This document shows positions 9,815 through 18,145 of a DNA stretch of 54,020 nt, one piece after another; positions within the stretch are counted from its first letter, which is position 1, and each line of letters starts with the position of its first letter. The stretch comes from a virus (taxonomy: Duplodnaviria; Caudoviricetes), in the IMG/VR virus record IMGVR_UViG_3300044691_000045, positions 1 through 54,020 of that record; one strand, written 5' to 3'. A program made the position numbers and the translations under genes. The notes under the pieces are model-generated. The model searched no databases. It was not told the origin of the DNA and saw only the letters and a program-made list of their open reading frames with translations.

Positions 9815-10522
9815 CTAGATCGGTCGTGATATTTTGTGCGGTACTGCTGCTGTGGTTGTTTCTTTGAAAGCAATGCCCATGAATGCGCCTGTATTGGCTG
9901 TTGTAGGGGCATAAGGTAACGCTGTAGATGCTGTAGTGTTAATTGCTCCTGTATACGCATTGCCGCTGGCAGGAAAATCACCTGGCGATGTAAATGGAGC
10001 GCTAGCGCCGGTAATAGAAGCATTCCACTGTACACACTGCACAATCACATCATTAGTGCCGGTTAGAGTCAACGCGACATTAGTAGGGGCAGCAGACGTA
10101 CTTTGACTTCTCAGACCGGAGGTATCGTAAATAGCAGGTCCGGAGGTTGTTGAATACTCAAAAATTTCAAATTCGCCGCCGTTTGTTACACTTGTGGTAG
10201 CTGTAATTGTCGTGTTACCGCTAGTGGATGATAGCGTGTAATAGGCATCGATAGCATTGTTGGTTACTAATGCGTTGCAACTTGGGCAATGCACCCAAGT
10301 CATTGCCGTTCCGCCTGTGCTAGACATCGCAGTCATGGCACCTGAAGACGACGGGATAGTACGTACGGCAACGATCAGATGACTCGCGCCTGTCGCAGTC
10401 GTGGTTACGGCACAGGTTGTAGCAGTGGGGCAACTGGAATTTATCGGATGCTGTACAAGCGTCCATGTAGCACGCGCTTGTGCTGATACCAACAACAAAA
10501 GTGCGAATATAGGTATACGCAT
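9815..10522 (-). CDS. Secreted S/T-rich beta-sandwich protein
   Basis: Signal peptide MRIPIFALLLLVSAQARA|T; translationally coupled to the upstream gene. Confidence 0.75.
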   Translation of the reverse strand: MRIPIFALLLLVSAQARATWTLVQHPINSSCPTATTCAVTTTATGASHLIVAVRTIPSSSGAMTAMSSTGGTAMTWVHCPSCNALVTNNAIDAYYTLSSTSGNTTITATTSVTNGGEFEIFEYSTTSGPAIYDTSGLRSQSTSAAPTNVALTLTGTNDVIVQCVQWNASITGASAPFTSPGDFPASGNAYTGAINTTASTALPYAPTTANTGAFMGIAFKETTTAAVPHKISRPI

Positions 10523-11166
10523 CAGTTAGCCTGCACAGTTAACGCGCGTGGAATTGTAAGCTGTACGCCAAGCACATACGCTGCTGTGGCTGTGTCTGTG
10601 CCGCGCACTACCTTTACTTTCATCAAACCACCGGCAAGGCATCCCGTAGTGGTCATGCTAGTAAGCGTAGCTGTCCACATCTGATTGCCTACCGTGCCTA
10701 GCGTTATTGTGCTCATAGCTTGCACCGTATTAAAAGCAACATCATCGGAGGTTGATCCGTCGCCTTTTTCACATGATGTTGCTAGCTGCATAATGATGGT
10801 ATGCCCACTCGTTACATCCGACGTTGCGACATAGAGCCTAGCATTCAGCGCAGTTGTGCTATCCCAATCCAGCGGCAACGCTACAGTAAACTGTGCCGAG
10901 TTTGTATCTGCAAAGTTTAGCGCCGCATCCAGCGTGTTAGCTCCGATGCGCGTAGTAGCGGCTGGACCGCCCGATGCGGGTATATTCCAGCTTGACGACG
11001 CGGTACCGGAGATAATACCAGCAGAGGGTACATACTTAGTATCCGGCACAGTTGCTATGTTTGCCATAGGCAGCTTGTTCTTAACTTGCGAAGTCAAGTC
11101 TACCTTGTTCTGTGCGAGCGCACACATGCTACACAACAGCAACAGACTAGTAACGATACCACGCAT
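10522..11166 (-). CDS. Secreted beta-rich protein
   Basis: Signal peptide MRGIVTSLLLLCSMCALA|Q; AGGAG RBS. Confidence 0.75.
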   Translation of the reverse strand: MRGIVTSLLLLCSMCALAQNKVDLTSQVKNKLPMANIATVPDTKYVPSAGIISGTASSSWNIPASGGPAATTRIGANTLDAALNFADTNSAQFTVALPLDWDSTTALNARLYVATSDVTSGHTIIMQLATSCEKGDGSTSDDVAFNTVQAMSTITLGTVGNQMWTATLTSMTTTGCLAGGLMKVKVVRGTDTATAAYVLGVQLTIPRALTVQAN

Positions 11167-11503
11167 AAACGTTTGCTCCTGTGGGCACTGTCTGTACCGC
11201 TGTTAGCGTAGCACCGGAAATAGTATAATCAACTGTTTGTTGCCAAGTAACACCATTAACTACAAGAATTAAACTTAGCGAAGGACTAGGCGCGTGTGCA
11301 AGCGTTGCTGATCCACTGGCAAACGTAACTGCTTCGCTGTCCGCAAAATTCATCTTTGCGCTAGTGGGTAACATAGTGTTGTCTATGAACCCACTTGCAT
11401 TCAACTCAGGTATCTTACCAGCAGAGCCAGCACCCGCCGATGTTGCAACGGTTGCTGTCTCTGTCGGTTGCCCGGATACGTTTTTTAGTAGCTTTGTCGG
11501 CAT
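11147..11503 (-). CDS. Small virion-decoration-like protein; N-terminus paralogous to 11510..12022
   Basis: TSAGAGSAGKIPELNASGFIDNTML aligns with TSAGAGDAGKIPALNGSGLIDPTML; C-terminal VNGV..Q..DYTISG module. Confidence 0.7.
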   Translation of the reverse strand: MPTKLLKNVSGQPTETATVATSAGAGSAGKIPELNASGFIDNTMLPTSAKMNFADSEAVTFASGSATLAHAPSPSLSLILVVNGVTWQQTVDYTISGATLTAVQTVPTGANVYAWYRY

Positions 11504-11509
11504 GTTTCC

Positions 11510-12022
11510 TTACGCGAGTACGATAGTAAACAGCGACGGCTGGAAATAAAACGTGCTTGCGGACGTAGCGCGACCAATGGATTGCAGCAAGTTACCTGCT
11601 GTAGCCGGAGGCGTAGCAGTTGCCGCACCATTTGTGCCAAGGTAGTACAATCCGGTAGACAACGCAGACAACCCGGTAATCAAGCCCTCGCCCATCGTGA
11701 TAGAACCAGATGCACCGCTGGTGATACCTGCGCTCGCAAAGCCATTGGCTTCGCTACCTGCTGTAGTATTGTCAGCAGGCTTTACTTGTAACACGGTACC
11801 AGACCATGATACGTTGACGATTTGACCGGCTGTGATCGTTGCGGTTGCAGTTGCAGTAACAACAATCAAGCCGCTTGTCGCTGCAAGCATAGTTGGATCA
11901 ATCAAGCCACTACCGTTAAGTGCAGGAATCTTGCCAGCATCTCCAGCACCAGCAGACGTTTGTATTGCCGCTTTCTCTGTTACTTGTCCTGCGCTGTTAA
12001 AAAGATACTTATTACCTGCCAT
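11510..12022 (-). CDS. Capsid decoration/head-fibre-like protein (DUF2190-like C-terminal fold)
   Basis: AAGGAG RBS; pattern ITAGQIV..PAD..ANGFA..YYLGTNG..QSIGRA. Confidence 0.6.
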   Translation of the reverse strand: MAGNKYLFNSAGQVTEKAAIQTSAGAGDAGKIPALNGSGLIDPTMLAATSGLIVVTATATATITAGQIVNVSWSGTVLQVKPADNTTAGSEANGFASAGITSGASGSITMGEGLITGLSALSTGLYYLGTNGAATATPPATAGNLLQSIGRATSASTFYFQPSLFTIVLA

Positions 12023-12031
12023 GTGTTCTCC

Positions 12032-12823
12032 TTATGGTGCTAGTAAGATAGGTGGCTGCATTTGAATAAGCAACTGTGTTGCTGAAATTGGCACACCTAT
12101 TACCTGCACAAAGCCGGTAGATGGTGGCGTCTGTGTGAGCATCCCAGATGTACCTAGAAATACAGGCTTTGACGTATCAAATGCCCAGCCTGCATTAACG
12201 AGTGTTCCCCCGTTTTGAATGCTTACCGTACCACCTGCCGAAGCACCATTTGCCGCTACGCCCACAACCATATCTAGGTGGCCTAGTAAGCTGTTGTCTG
12301 CGTATTGAACTACACCATTGACAACAGCAATAACGCGGTACTGCCCTATACCTACTGTTGTGGTTAAATTGAGAACTGACGCAGTACCGGGCGCACCCGG
12401 CGGCCCTTGTGGGCCAACTACCAGAGTGCTGGGTATAGTTGGATTAGCGAGCGCCGAGTTCCATAGACCGAAATCAAAGGTAATGCCATCTGTTGCGTTT
12501 GCTGTGATGTTTACCAGCGTGTACGTAGTACGTACTAGCGTGCTACTGCTGTGATCCTCAACAATGAATGTGAACAGCAACCCGTTTGGCGACGTGTAAC
12601 GGGGATCAGGCAGGGATAGAGCATCGCCCGTATGCGCCGGGAATAGCCAGCCTTTGTATATCAGGAACTCGTACGGCTCAAGCGAAGCCTGCCCACCGCC
12701 ATCTAGCAGATAGGGTATAGCTTGCGCGTTCTGATCGGTCGCGTACACTAGCAACTTACCTATGGCTATAGGTTGGCTACCAGCGCCAGACAACGCAGAC
12801 GCAGCGATAGGAACTGTGCGCAA
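12032..12823 (-). CDS. Adaptor-domain + collagen linker + head-fibre-like protein (no signal peptide)
   Basis: N-terminal domain similar to that of 1963..3807; GPQGPPGAPG linker; C-terminal YAD..VVGVA..PVFLG..LTQTPP..VIG. Confidence 0.65.
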   Translation of the reverse strand: MRTVPIAASALSGAGSQPIAIGKLLVYATDQNAQAIPYLLDGGGQASLEPYEFLIYKGWLFPAHTGDALSLPDPRYTSPNGLLFTFIVEDHSSSTLVRTTYTLVNITANATDGITFDFGLWNSALANPTIPSTLVVGPQGPPGAPGTASVLNLTTTVGIGQYRVIAVVNGVVQYADNSLLGHLDMVVGVAANGASAGGTVSIQNGGTLVNAGWAFDTSKPVFLGTSGMLTQTPPSTGFVQVIGVPISATQLLIQMQPPILLAP

Positions 12824-12824
12824 T

Positions 12825-13298
12825 TTAGTAGATACCGTAGGTAATGAGTGCTTGCGCGCCCGTTGGTGCTACTGACATATTCAGGCACAATCCATTGCCC
12901 ACAGGAACAGACAAGCCGCCTCCCATAGTAAATGATTCCTGATAGGTGTCTGTGACAGATGCCGTGCCTAGAAACAGCGGCGTTACTGTCGTGGTTCCGG
13001 TAACGCACGCTGCGCCTGTACCAGCGGCAAGGCCGAAGTTAGCAGGCGTGGCCGTCTGCTTTACTTTGAGGGTAACTGTGCAGATGTGGATGGATTGACG
13101 CGATGGAACCGTAGTAGGTACAGCGCCGTTGTACAGCGTAGTAGCTCCGGTAGGCGCAGTGACAAGCTGTGTCTCGCCTGCGGCTACGCTGGACACTGCT
13201 ACAGCATAAGGGCAGATGGCAGAGCCACCATTGCCGCGCTGCGCGAGAACCGCGCTGGGGAGGAGTAAGAGTGCAGCAGCAGCTAGAAACAGGCGCAT
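12825..13298 (-). CDS. Secreted Cys-containing beta protein
   Basis: Signal peptide MRLFLAAAALLLLPSAVLA|Q; AGGAG RBS; four Cys. Confidence 0.75.
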   Translation of the reverse strand: MRLFLAAAALLLLPSAVLAQRGNGGSAICPYAVAVSSVAAGETQLVTAPTGATTLYNGAVPTTVPSRQSIHICTVTLKVKQTATPANFGLAAGTGAACVTGTTTVTPLFLGTASVTDTYQESFTMGGGLSVPVGNGLCLNMSVAPTGAQALITYGIY

Positions 13299-13334
13299 GT
13301 GTATCTCCTGTTTTGCAGGCTAGCACACAGACAC

Positions 13335-13361
13335 AAAAGGCGCATCATAAAGATGCGCCTT
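13335..13361 (-). terminator. Rho-independent terminator
   Basis: Stem AAGGCGCATC / GATGCGCCTT followed by Ts on the minus strand. Confidence 0.7.
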
Positions 13362-13383
13362 GCATGCAACCAAAAACTTGTGC

Positions 13384-13719
13384 TTATAGCGTGACACCAC
13401 CAGTAGCGGCGGCTGGGGTAGGCGTAGGCGTAGGCGTGAGTGCTGCGTTGTCAGCGGTAAGCAACTGCTGCAAGATCACGTCCACTGCCTGAATGTGGGC
13501 AACCTGCGCGGCAGTATCCGGAGTCTGCGGCCCTGCCAGCAACTTGGCAAGAATCGCAGCATTGCTGGTTTTGAGCGTAGCCACGTCGGTGTCTACAGTA
13601 CCCAATGCCTTGTCGATGTCGGTCAAATCCATGTTGACTGTTCTCCTCAAATCTTCGATAGAACTGCGGATGTCTGCAAGAGCCGTTAACACGTGATTTT
13701 GAAAACGGCGCTCATTCAT
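13384..13719 (-). CDS. Coiled-coil hypothetical protein with PT-repeat tail; second in-frame start at 13632
   Basis: Strong GAGGAG RBS before internal ATG 13632 (MDLTDIDK...); TPTPTPTP tail. Confidence 0.7.
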   Translation of the reverse strand: MNERRFQNHVLTALADIRSSIEDLRRTVNMDLTDIDKALGTVDTDVATLKTSNAAILAKLLAGPQTPDTAAQVAHIQAVDVILQQLLTADNAALTPTPTPTPAAATGGVTL

Positions 13720-13730
13720 AGCCTATAAAG

Positions 13731-14045
13731 CTAGTCGTCCAGCACGGCAGTGTCAAGTTTTTCTTCGTCATCTACCCACAAATAGAGCGTTTTTTTATCG
13801 CTAGATCGTTGGTAGAACAACTGTCCAACAAAAGGTGCGCCGTGTTTCTTTGTATGTGCGTTAATACGCTGTAGTAGGTAACCGGCTTCTTTTGTTGTCC
13901 CAACGTCAACCGCAATAGCTTGGTCCTTACCTACAGCTTTTGCCAGTGCAGTTAACAGTAGAGATGTGTACGAATTGCCGTTGTATTCATCTGCCGGTAT
14001 CTCGGAGCGCCGGACAGTAACAAAGCGCAACTCTCGGTTGCCCAT
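13731..14045 (-). CDS. Hypothetical protein, possibly DNA-binding
   Basis: GAGG RBS; fits the operon. Confidence 0.65.
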   Translation of the reverse strand: MGNRELRFVTVRRSEIPADEYNGNSYTSLLLTALAKAVGKDQAIAVDVGTTKEAGYLLQRINAHTKKHGAPFVGQLFYQRSSDKKTLYLWVDDEEKLDTAVLDD

Positions 14046-14063
14046 GCAAAGTACCTCGCTGCC

Positions 14064-14277
14064 AAAAAGTTAAACGGCGCGCGCCGGAGGCCAGTCCATC
14101 GCGCGCCGCTGTCCCTATGCTATATGGTCCTAAACTGCAACCAAAGGTGCGGAATGACTAACACGTCTCAGCGCACCCACAGCACAGGGATACTTTAGAG
14201 TTGCGCGGCAAGTCGAATTAGAGCATCGCCGCGCAACTGTTGCCCAAACATCGGCAACTCTTCCGGGGGAGGAAGGG
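14064..14277 (-). ncRNA. Candidate structured 3'UTR/sRNA ending in a terminator whose loop is antisense to the early-gene RBS
   Basis: Hairpins at 14260-14275, 14239-14258, 14199-14238, 14146-14177 and 14075-14108, then UUUAACUUUUU. Confidence 0.5.
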
Positions 14278-14823
14278 TTAGGAATCGCGCCAGACACGCA
14301 CGCCCTTAACGCCGTTCTCTTCCACCGACCGTGTAGAGAACTTGCGGTCATACGCAAGCACCTGTACGGTCTTGCCTTTGGCATTCACGCGCGTCTGTCC
14401 GGTTGGTTTGCCGAAGCGCCGCGCTGCCGATGAAACGATGCTCGGAAACGTCTTTTGCACGTTGGGCATCGCTGCCGAAACCGGGACAAAGAACGACTGT
14501 CCGGGCTGCATCTGTGCGAACGGATACATGCTGTTGCCAGCACCGCCGCGCCGCATCGCTGGCTTTACGATACCGCTGTCCAGCGTAAACACAGGCCGTT
14601 CCTTCGGTGCGCTCTGCTCGGAACTTGCGCCCGATACGGTGGAGATGTCCAGCGCGCGCACGCCGATGTGACCGTCCGGCAAACCGGCAACCGCCGCATT
14701 CAACTCTACCTTTTCGGGATCGAGTTCGTTCGCCTTGTCTTGTGGCAGAACGGCATAGCCATTCGCCTTCGTCTGCTCAACAACTGTTGCGTACAGCGAT
14801 GCCTTTTCTTTCTTTGAAAGCAT
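14278..14823 (-). CDS. Putative DNA-binding protein (YPF..M..GQSFFVP family)
   Basis: Motif RRGG..SMYPFAQMQPGQSFFVP...GVRVWR, paralogous to 18776..19021; has its own promoter. Confidence 0.7.
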   Translation of the reverse strand: MLSKKEKASLYATVVEQTKANGYAVLPQDKANELDPEKVELNAAVAGLPDGHIGVRALDISTVSGASSEQSAPKERPVFTLDSGIVKPAMRRGGAGNSMYPFAQMQPGQSFFVPVSAAMPNVQKTFPSIVSSAARRFGKPTGQTRVNAKGKTVQVLAYDRKFSTRSVEENGVKGVRVWRDS

Positions 14824-14866
14824 GTGTGGTTCTCCGTTGCCAAAGTTTGTATTGCGTTCTATTGAG

Positions 14867-14895
14867 ATGCTACATGCTGGTATGCATGTTGTAAA
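14867..14895 (-). promoter_or_regulatory. Sigma70-like promoter
   Basis: Minus strand TTTACA-N17-TAGCAT upstream of ATG 14823. Confidence 0.5.
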
Positions 14896-14901
14896 GAAAA
14901 A

Positions 14902-15297
14902 TTATAGCTGTGTCACGCTTATTGTTGCACTAGCATCTACTTCATATTCCTTACGCGCCAGCAACGAAACGATTTGCGCGTCATCTTCCCACACAATTCC
15001 ATTCAGCGCATCCAACACAGATTTGACACAGTTGTCAACGTCCGGCTTTTTTGTATGCTGCTTTAGCCAGTCTCCTTGAAAAGCAAAGCTAATGTCTATC
15101 TCCAGCGGTCCTGTAAGTACAGGTATACCGCTAGCCATAGCGTTGCGCGCACAAGATTGCACAAGATGCTCGTACGTCTTGGTTTTTTCCGGCGTACGCA
15201 TGTTGATGCCCATTCTACCGGCTTTGGTGCGGCCAACTGTGGCGCGTGGCCTGCCCTTGCCCACAGGAGTACCGGGCACGACAAAGGTTAGCCTCAT
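14902..15297 (-). CDS. rusA: RusA family Holliday junction resolvase
   Basis: PVGKGRPR, KPDVDNCVKSVLDALNGIVWEDDAQI. Confidence 0.92.
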   Translation of the reverse strand: MRLTFVVPGTPVGKGRPRATVGRTKAGRMGINMRTPEKTKTYEHLVQSCARNAMASGIPVLTGPLEIDISFAFQGDWLKQHTKKPDVDNCVKSVLDALNGIVWEDDAQIVSLLARKEYEVDASATISVTQL

Positions 15298-15503
15298 ACA
15301 CGCACCGAACGCGTAACATCCAGCACGTGATTGACTAAATCTTCGCAGTGCCGCGTAGTAAGGTAATCGGGATATAGCACGCGAAGTGTGTGCATGCCCT
15401 CAGTGTACCAGCGCTCCAAAGGATCGAAGTCCGGTAGAATAAGAAACGCTTTGTACAGCGCAATGTACACGTGATTGATAAGTGATTTTTCGTGCAGTGT
15501 CAA
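15294..15503 (-). CDS. Hypothetical protein
   Basis: CGGAGGCC RBS before TTG; stop overlaps the rusA start. Confidence 0.6.
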   Translation of the reverse strand: MTLHEKSLINHVYIALYKAFLILPDFDPLERWYTEGMHTLRVLYPDYLTTRHCEDLVNHVLDVTRSVRV

Positions 15504-15561
15504 GTGGCCTCCGACGGCTGTGATATGTCAGTGCAAATGCGTATCCAACATGAGGAGCAAA

Positions 15562-15840
15562 TTAGAGCATTGGCAGGCGAATTGGGCACCAAGACTTTGC
15601 ATTCGACACAGCGCCTGTATCCAACAGGGCACCAAGGGGTTTTTCGTACAACATGATCCATTCTTTTTTCTCCAGATGGTAAACATGACCGCTGGCTATA
15701 AAGGCCAACGTTGCTGCGGTTCGCGCCTGCGCCTGTGTAGCTTCCGGATCATGGTCAACGTATGGATTGTATGCGCCTGCTAGAGCCTGCGCAGCGTACG
15801 CCTGTGAGAGAAGCATATAGTGCTGCGTGTCGTGGCGCAT
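15562..15840 (-). CDS. Hypothetical protein
   Basis: ORF in operon orientation. Confidence 0.45.
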   Translation of the reverse strand: MRHDTQHYMLLSQAYAAQALAGAYNPYVDHDPEATQAQARTAATLAFIASGHVYHLEKKEWIMLYEKPLGALLDTGAVSNAKSWCPIRLPML

Positions 15841-15961
15841 AGCGTTTGCACTCCCAACGAACCGTGTAGGTAATGAGCCCGTAAATTGCTGTTGCTAGCA
15901 CTACCCACACCAGCAGAGACAGACCAAGAATTGCAAGATAGTGAACCACTAAAGGTGTCAT
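15755..15961 (-). CDS. Small membrane protein
   Basis: Long hydrophobic N-terminal segment; overlaps 15562..15840, so uncertain. Confidence 0.4.
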   Translation of the reverse strand: MTPLVVHYLAILGLSLLVWVVLATAIYGLITYTVRWECKRYAPRHAALYASLTGVRCAGSSRRIQSIR

Positions 15962-16072
15962 GCGCAGAAGAATGAACGCTTTGCGTGATGGCTGTCAATA
16001 GCTATTTTGATGCTCTAATTATAGCCTCCGCAAGACGCAAGTAGCATGCGCCTTACGCAAGCTACTGCAGTT

Positions 16073-16744
16073 CTATTCTGGTGCTTGTTCGGCAATTGGT
16101 TGGTACCCGCTATCCATCTTCACATCACGCGGATTGTTGTACGTGTCTGTTGTGGGTACATAGCGAGCATCGTAATGTTCTCTCTGGCTTTTATGCACAT
16201 CGTACAATGCACGTTCCAATTCAGCATTCTTATGCGCCAGAACATCGGCTCTGGTTTGTTCGGCGTGTTTCTCATCCGCCAATTCAAATGCACGCTTGGT
16301 TACGGTTTCCAGTTCTTTACGCACTATGTTGTAGCGATCATCGCGAATAAAGGCTTGTCGCCAGTAGCCTTCGCAGGCTGCTGTTTGCTTGTTGATTACC
16401 GCTTTCAGCTTGTCGCCAAGACTTGTACGCGATGCATGCGCTTCGCTGGCGTACTGCTCTGCAAAGGTATTGCGTTCTTTGAGCACGTCAATCAGTGTGC
16501 TGAGATACAGCACAATGCCTAGCAGAAGTCCGGCAAGGATCAAACCCAAAATCATGAAGACAAACGGCACGCTGCCGAACCCAATATCAATCGTGGTACC
16601 GCCGCTGTTGTGTGCCTGCTGCATCCAGTTAGCATCTACATTGCCTTGCACAATGCCTTCGTGGATAGAGTTGTAAATCGTGGTTTGTAACTTGTCAAGA
16701 AAAGCGTTGTTAAGCTGGATGTAACTTTCAACTGCTGTCTGCAT
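16073..16744 (-). CDS. Membrane-anchored coiled-coil protein
   Basis: CCGGAGGC RBS before ATG 16744; TM segment VPFVFMILGLILAGLLLGIVLYL; coiled-coil C-terminus. Confidence 0.7.
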   Translation of the reverse strand: MQTAVESYIQLNNAFLDKLQTTIYNSIHEGIVQGNVDANWMQQAHNSGGTTIDIGFGSVPFVFMILGLILAGLLLGIVLYLSTLIDVLKERNTFAEQYASEAHASRTSLGDKLKAVINKQTAACEGYWRQAFIRDDRYNIVRKELETVTKRAFELADEKHAEQTRADVLAHKNAELERALYDVHKSQREHYDARYVPTTDTYNNPRDVKMDSGYQPIAEQAPE

Positions 16745-17012
16745 TCGTGTTGCCTCCGGTTGATTGTAGTCGTTGTCGTTTCTTGGTTTCACGTGCTACG
16801 CGCGTATGATACGCATATAAGCCAAGTTGTAATCGAGTAGTGAATCCGGTTCTACGCAAAGATTCTAGTACGTGATTGCGTACAGTAAAGTTGCTCAGGT
16901 TCAGTAACAGTGCTATGTCTTTATCACAGTAACCGTAACTAAGCCAGAACATGACGCATCTCTGTGCTGGTGTTGGTGGCAATCGGGGGATGATTGGCGG
17001 TGTTAGTGTCAT
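16728..17012 (-). CDS. LuxR/GerE-type HTH regulator (no receiver or sensor domain)
   Basis: TPAQRCVMFWLSYGYCDKDIALLLNLSNFTVRNHV...RLQL. Confidence 0.8.
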   Translation of the reverse strand: MTLTPPIIPRLPPTPAQRCVMFWLSYGYCDKDIALLLNLSNFTVRNHVLESLRRTGFTTRLQLGLYAYHTRVARETKKRQRLQSTGGNTNADSS

Positions 17013-17206
17013 TGTGCATTCTTTACTGCGGTTGCTGCCTTGACCCAAGCACGCGACCGTGTAGAGCCTATCCCGGCAAGCGGTGTGCTGCCGTCATAGA
17101 TACAATACACAGCGACTAGCTTACCCACAAGTACATTGCACTTTGCACGTGGGTATATCTCGCGTACCACGATCTTGGCTTTGTCGGTTCGTTTGGTATA
17201 GGCCAC
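17009..17206 (-). CDS. Hypothetical protein (YP.A...AW..AA family)
   Basis: Coupled to neighbours; shares a motif with 17206..17511 and 19939..20334. Confidence 0.6.
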   Translation of the reverse strand: MAYTKRTDKAKIVVREIYPRAKCNVLVGKLVAVYCIYDGSTPLAGIGSTRSRAWVKAATAVKNAQ

Positions 17207-17511
17207 TACTTCTTTCCTTGTATCAGGTCACCGGCTGCCGCCTGCCATGCATCGTACTCGGATGCATGCTGGTACGTGATGACTGGCGATGCTTCATCAT
17301 CACGTTCTAGGATCATCCAGTATCCTATGCTGTCATTGTAGGCTACTGCGTTGGGGTACTCTTTCAGTACCTCAGCACGATTGCGGATTAGCTCACAGGT
17401 ACGTATGAAGTCCTGCGCTGCCTGTTCACTACCAGTTAAGCTGCGGCTGTAACGCACGAATGCTGCATCTACCATAGCCAGTGCCTTGTCTATAGGGTTG
17501 TCCTGCGTCAT
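17206..17511 (-). CDS. Hypothetical protein (YP.A...AW..AA family)
   Basis: VLKEYPNAVAY...SEYDAWQAAA. Confidence 0.6.
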   Translation of the reverse strand: MTQDNPIDKALAMVDAAFVRYSRSLTGSEQAAQDFIRTCELIRNRAEVLKEYPNAVAYNDSIGYWMILERDDEASPVITYQHASEYDAWQAAAGDLIQGKK

Positions 17512-17723
17512 GGTTTGGCCTCTGGTCTGTGTACCACGTTACCGTCTCTGGTACCTTGTTCACCTTTGCCGTGGCATGTGCTGCATTTCCAAGGATGCAT
17601 GCTGTTGATGAGTCCGCAGCCTTGACACGTCTTGCATGCGATGTAGCCTTGTACAGTGGCATAGCCTAGTGCGGCTGACATAGCTATGTAGTATGCGCGT
17701 TTCTCTGCTTGGTTGCGTGCCAT
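17508..17723 (-). CDS. Small zinc-finger protein (DnaJ-type CxxCxGxG repeats)
   Basis: CKTCQGCG...CSTCHGKG. Confidence 0.6.
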   Translation of the reverse strand: MARNQAEKRAYYIAMSAALGYATVQGYIACKTCQGCGLINSMHPWKCSTCHGKGEQGTRDGNVVHRPEAKP

Positions 17724-17915
17724 CTAGCGCCACTTCCTGCTGACGGCATAGGTAGCAAGTAACAGTGCCTGCAATAGCAGCAATGATGCAGCAAACGAGG
17801 TATAGGACATCTCCAGCCAGTAGTACCGGCTGTATAGGATGATCCATCCAGTGTGCGCGATGTGGAACAGGTAGATATGCATTAGGTTGTCAACTCTGCG
17901 TATGCATACATCCAT
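17724..17915 (-). CDS. Small membrane protein
   Basis: Hydrophobic segments; fits the operon. Confidence 0.4.
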   Translation of the reverse strand: MDVCIRRVDNLMHIYLFHIAHTGWIILYSRYYWLEMSYTSFAASLLLLQALLLATYAVSRKWR

Positions 17916-18106
17916 GCCTGATCCGCTCCGATGTTGCTACAGGCAAGTAGCTTGCCATGCGGTCTGTCTTGGTTGACTACGCCATCATAGACCGCCCATT
18001 GCATCTCATCTACGGTGCAGTGCGCGCCTGCACGTAGCTGTACAACTCGCTCTTGATAGGGTATGGCCTTGTACGGGATGCGTACGATGTGTGTTGCCTG
18101 ATCCAT
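17882..18106 (-). CDS. Hypothetical protein
   Basis: CGGAGGC RBS before ATG 18106. Confidence 0.55.
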   Translation of the reverse strand: MDQATHIVRIPYKAIPYQERVVQLRAGAHCTVDEMQWAVYDGVVNQDRPHGKLLACSNIGADQAWMYAYAELTT

Positions 18107-18145
18107 AGTGCCTCCGATGTACGGTGTATCTGTGTTATGTGTCAA

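Noticed and set aside
14064-14277. tRNA gene
   Set aside because: I found no cloverleaf with a T-loop GTTCRA and acceptor stem.
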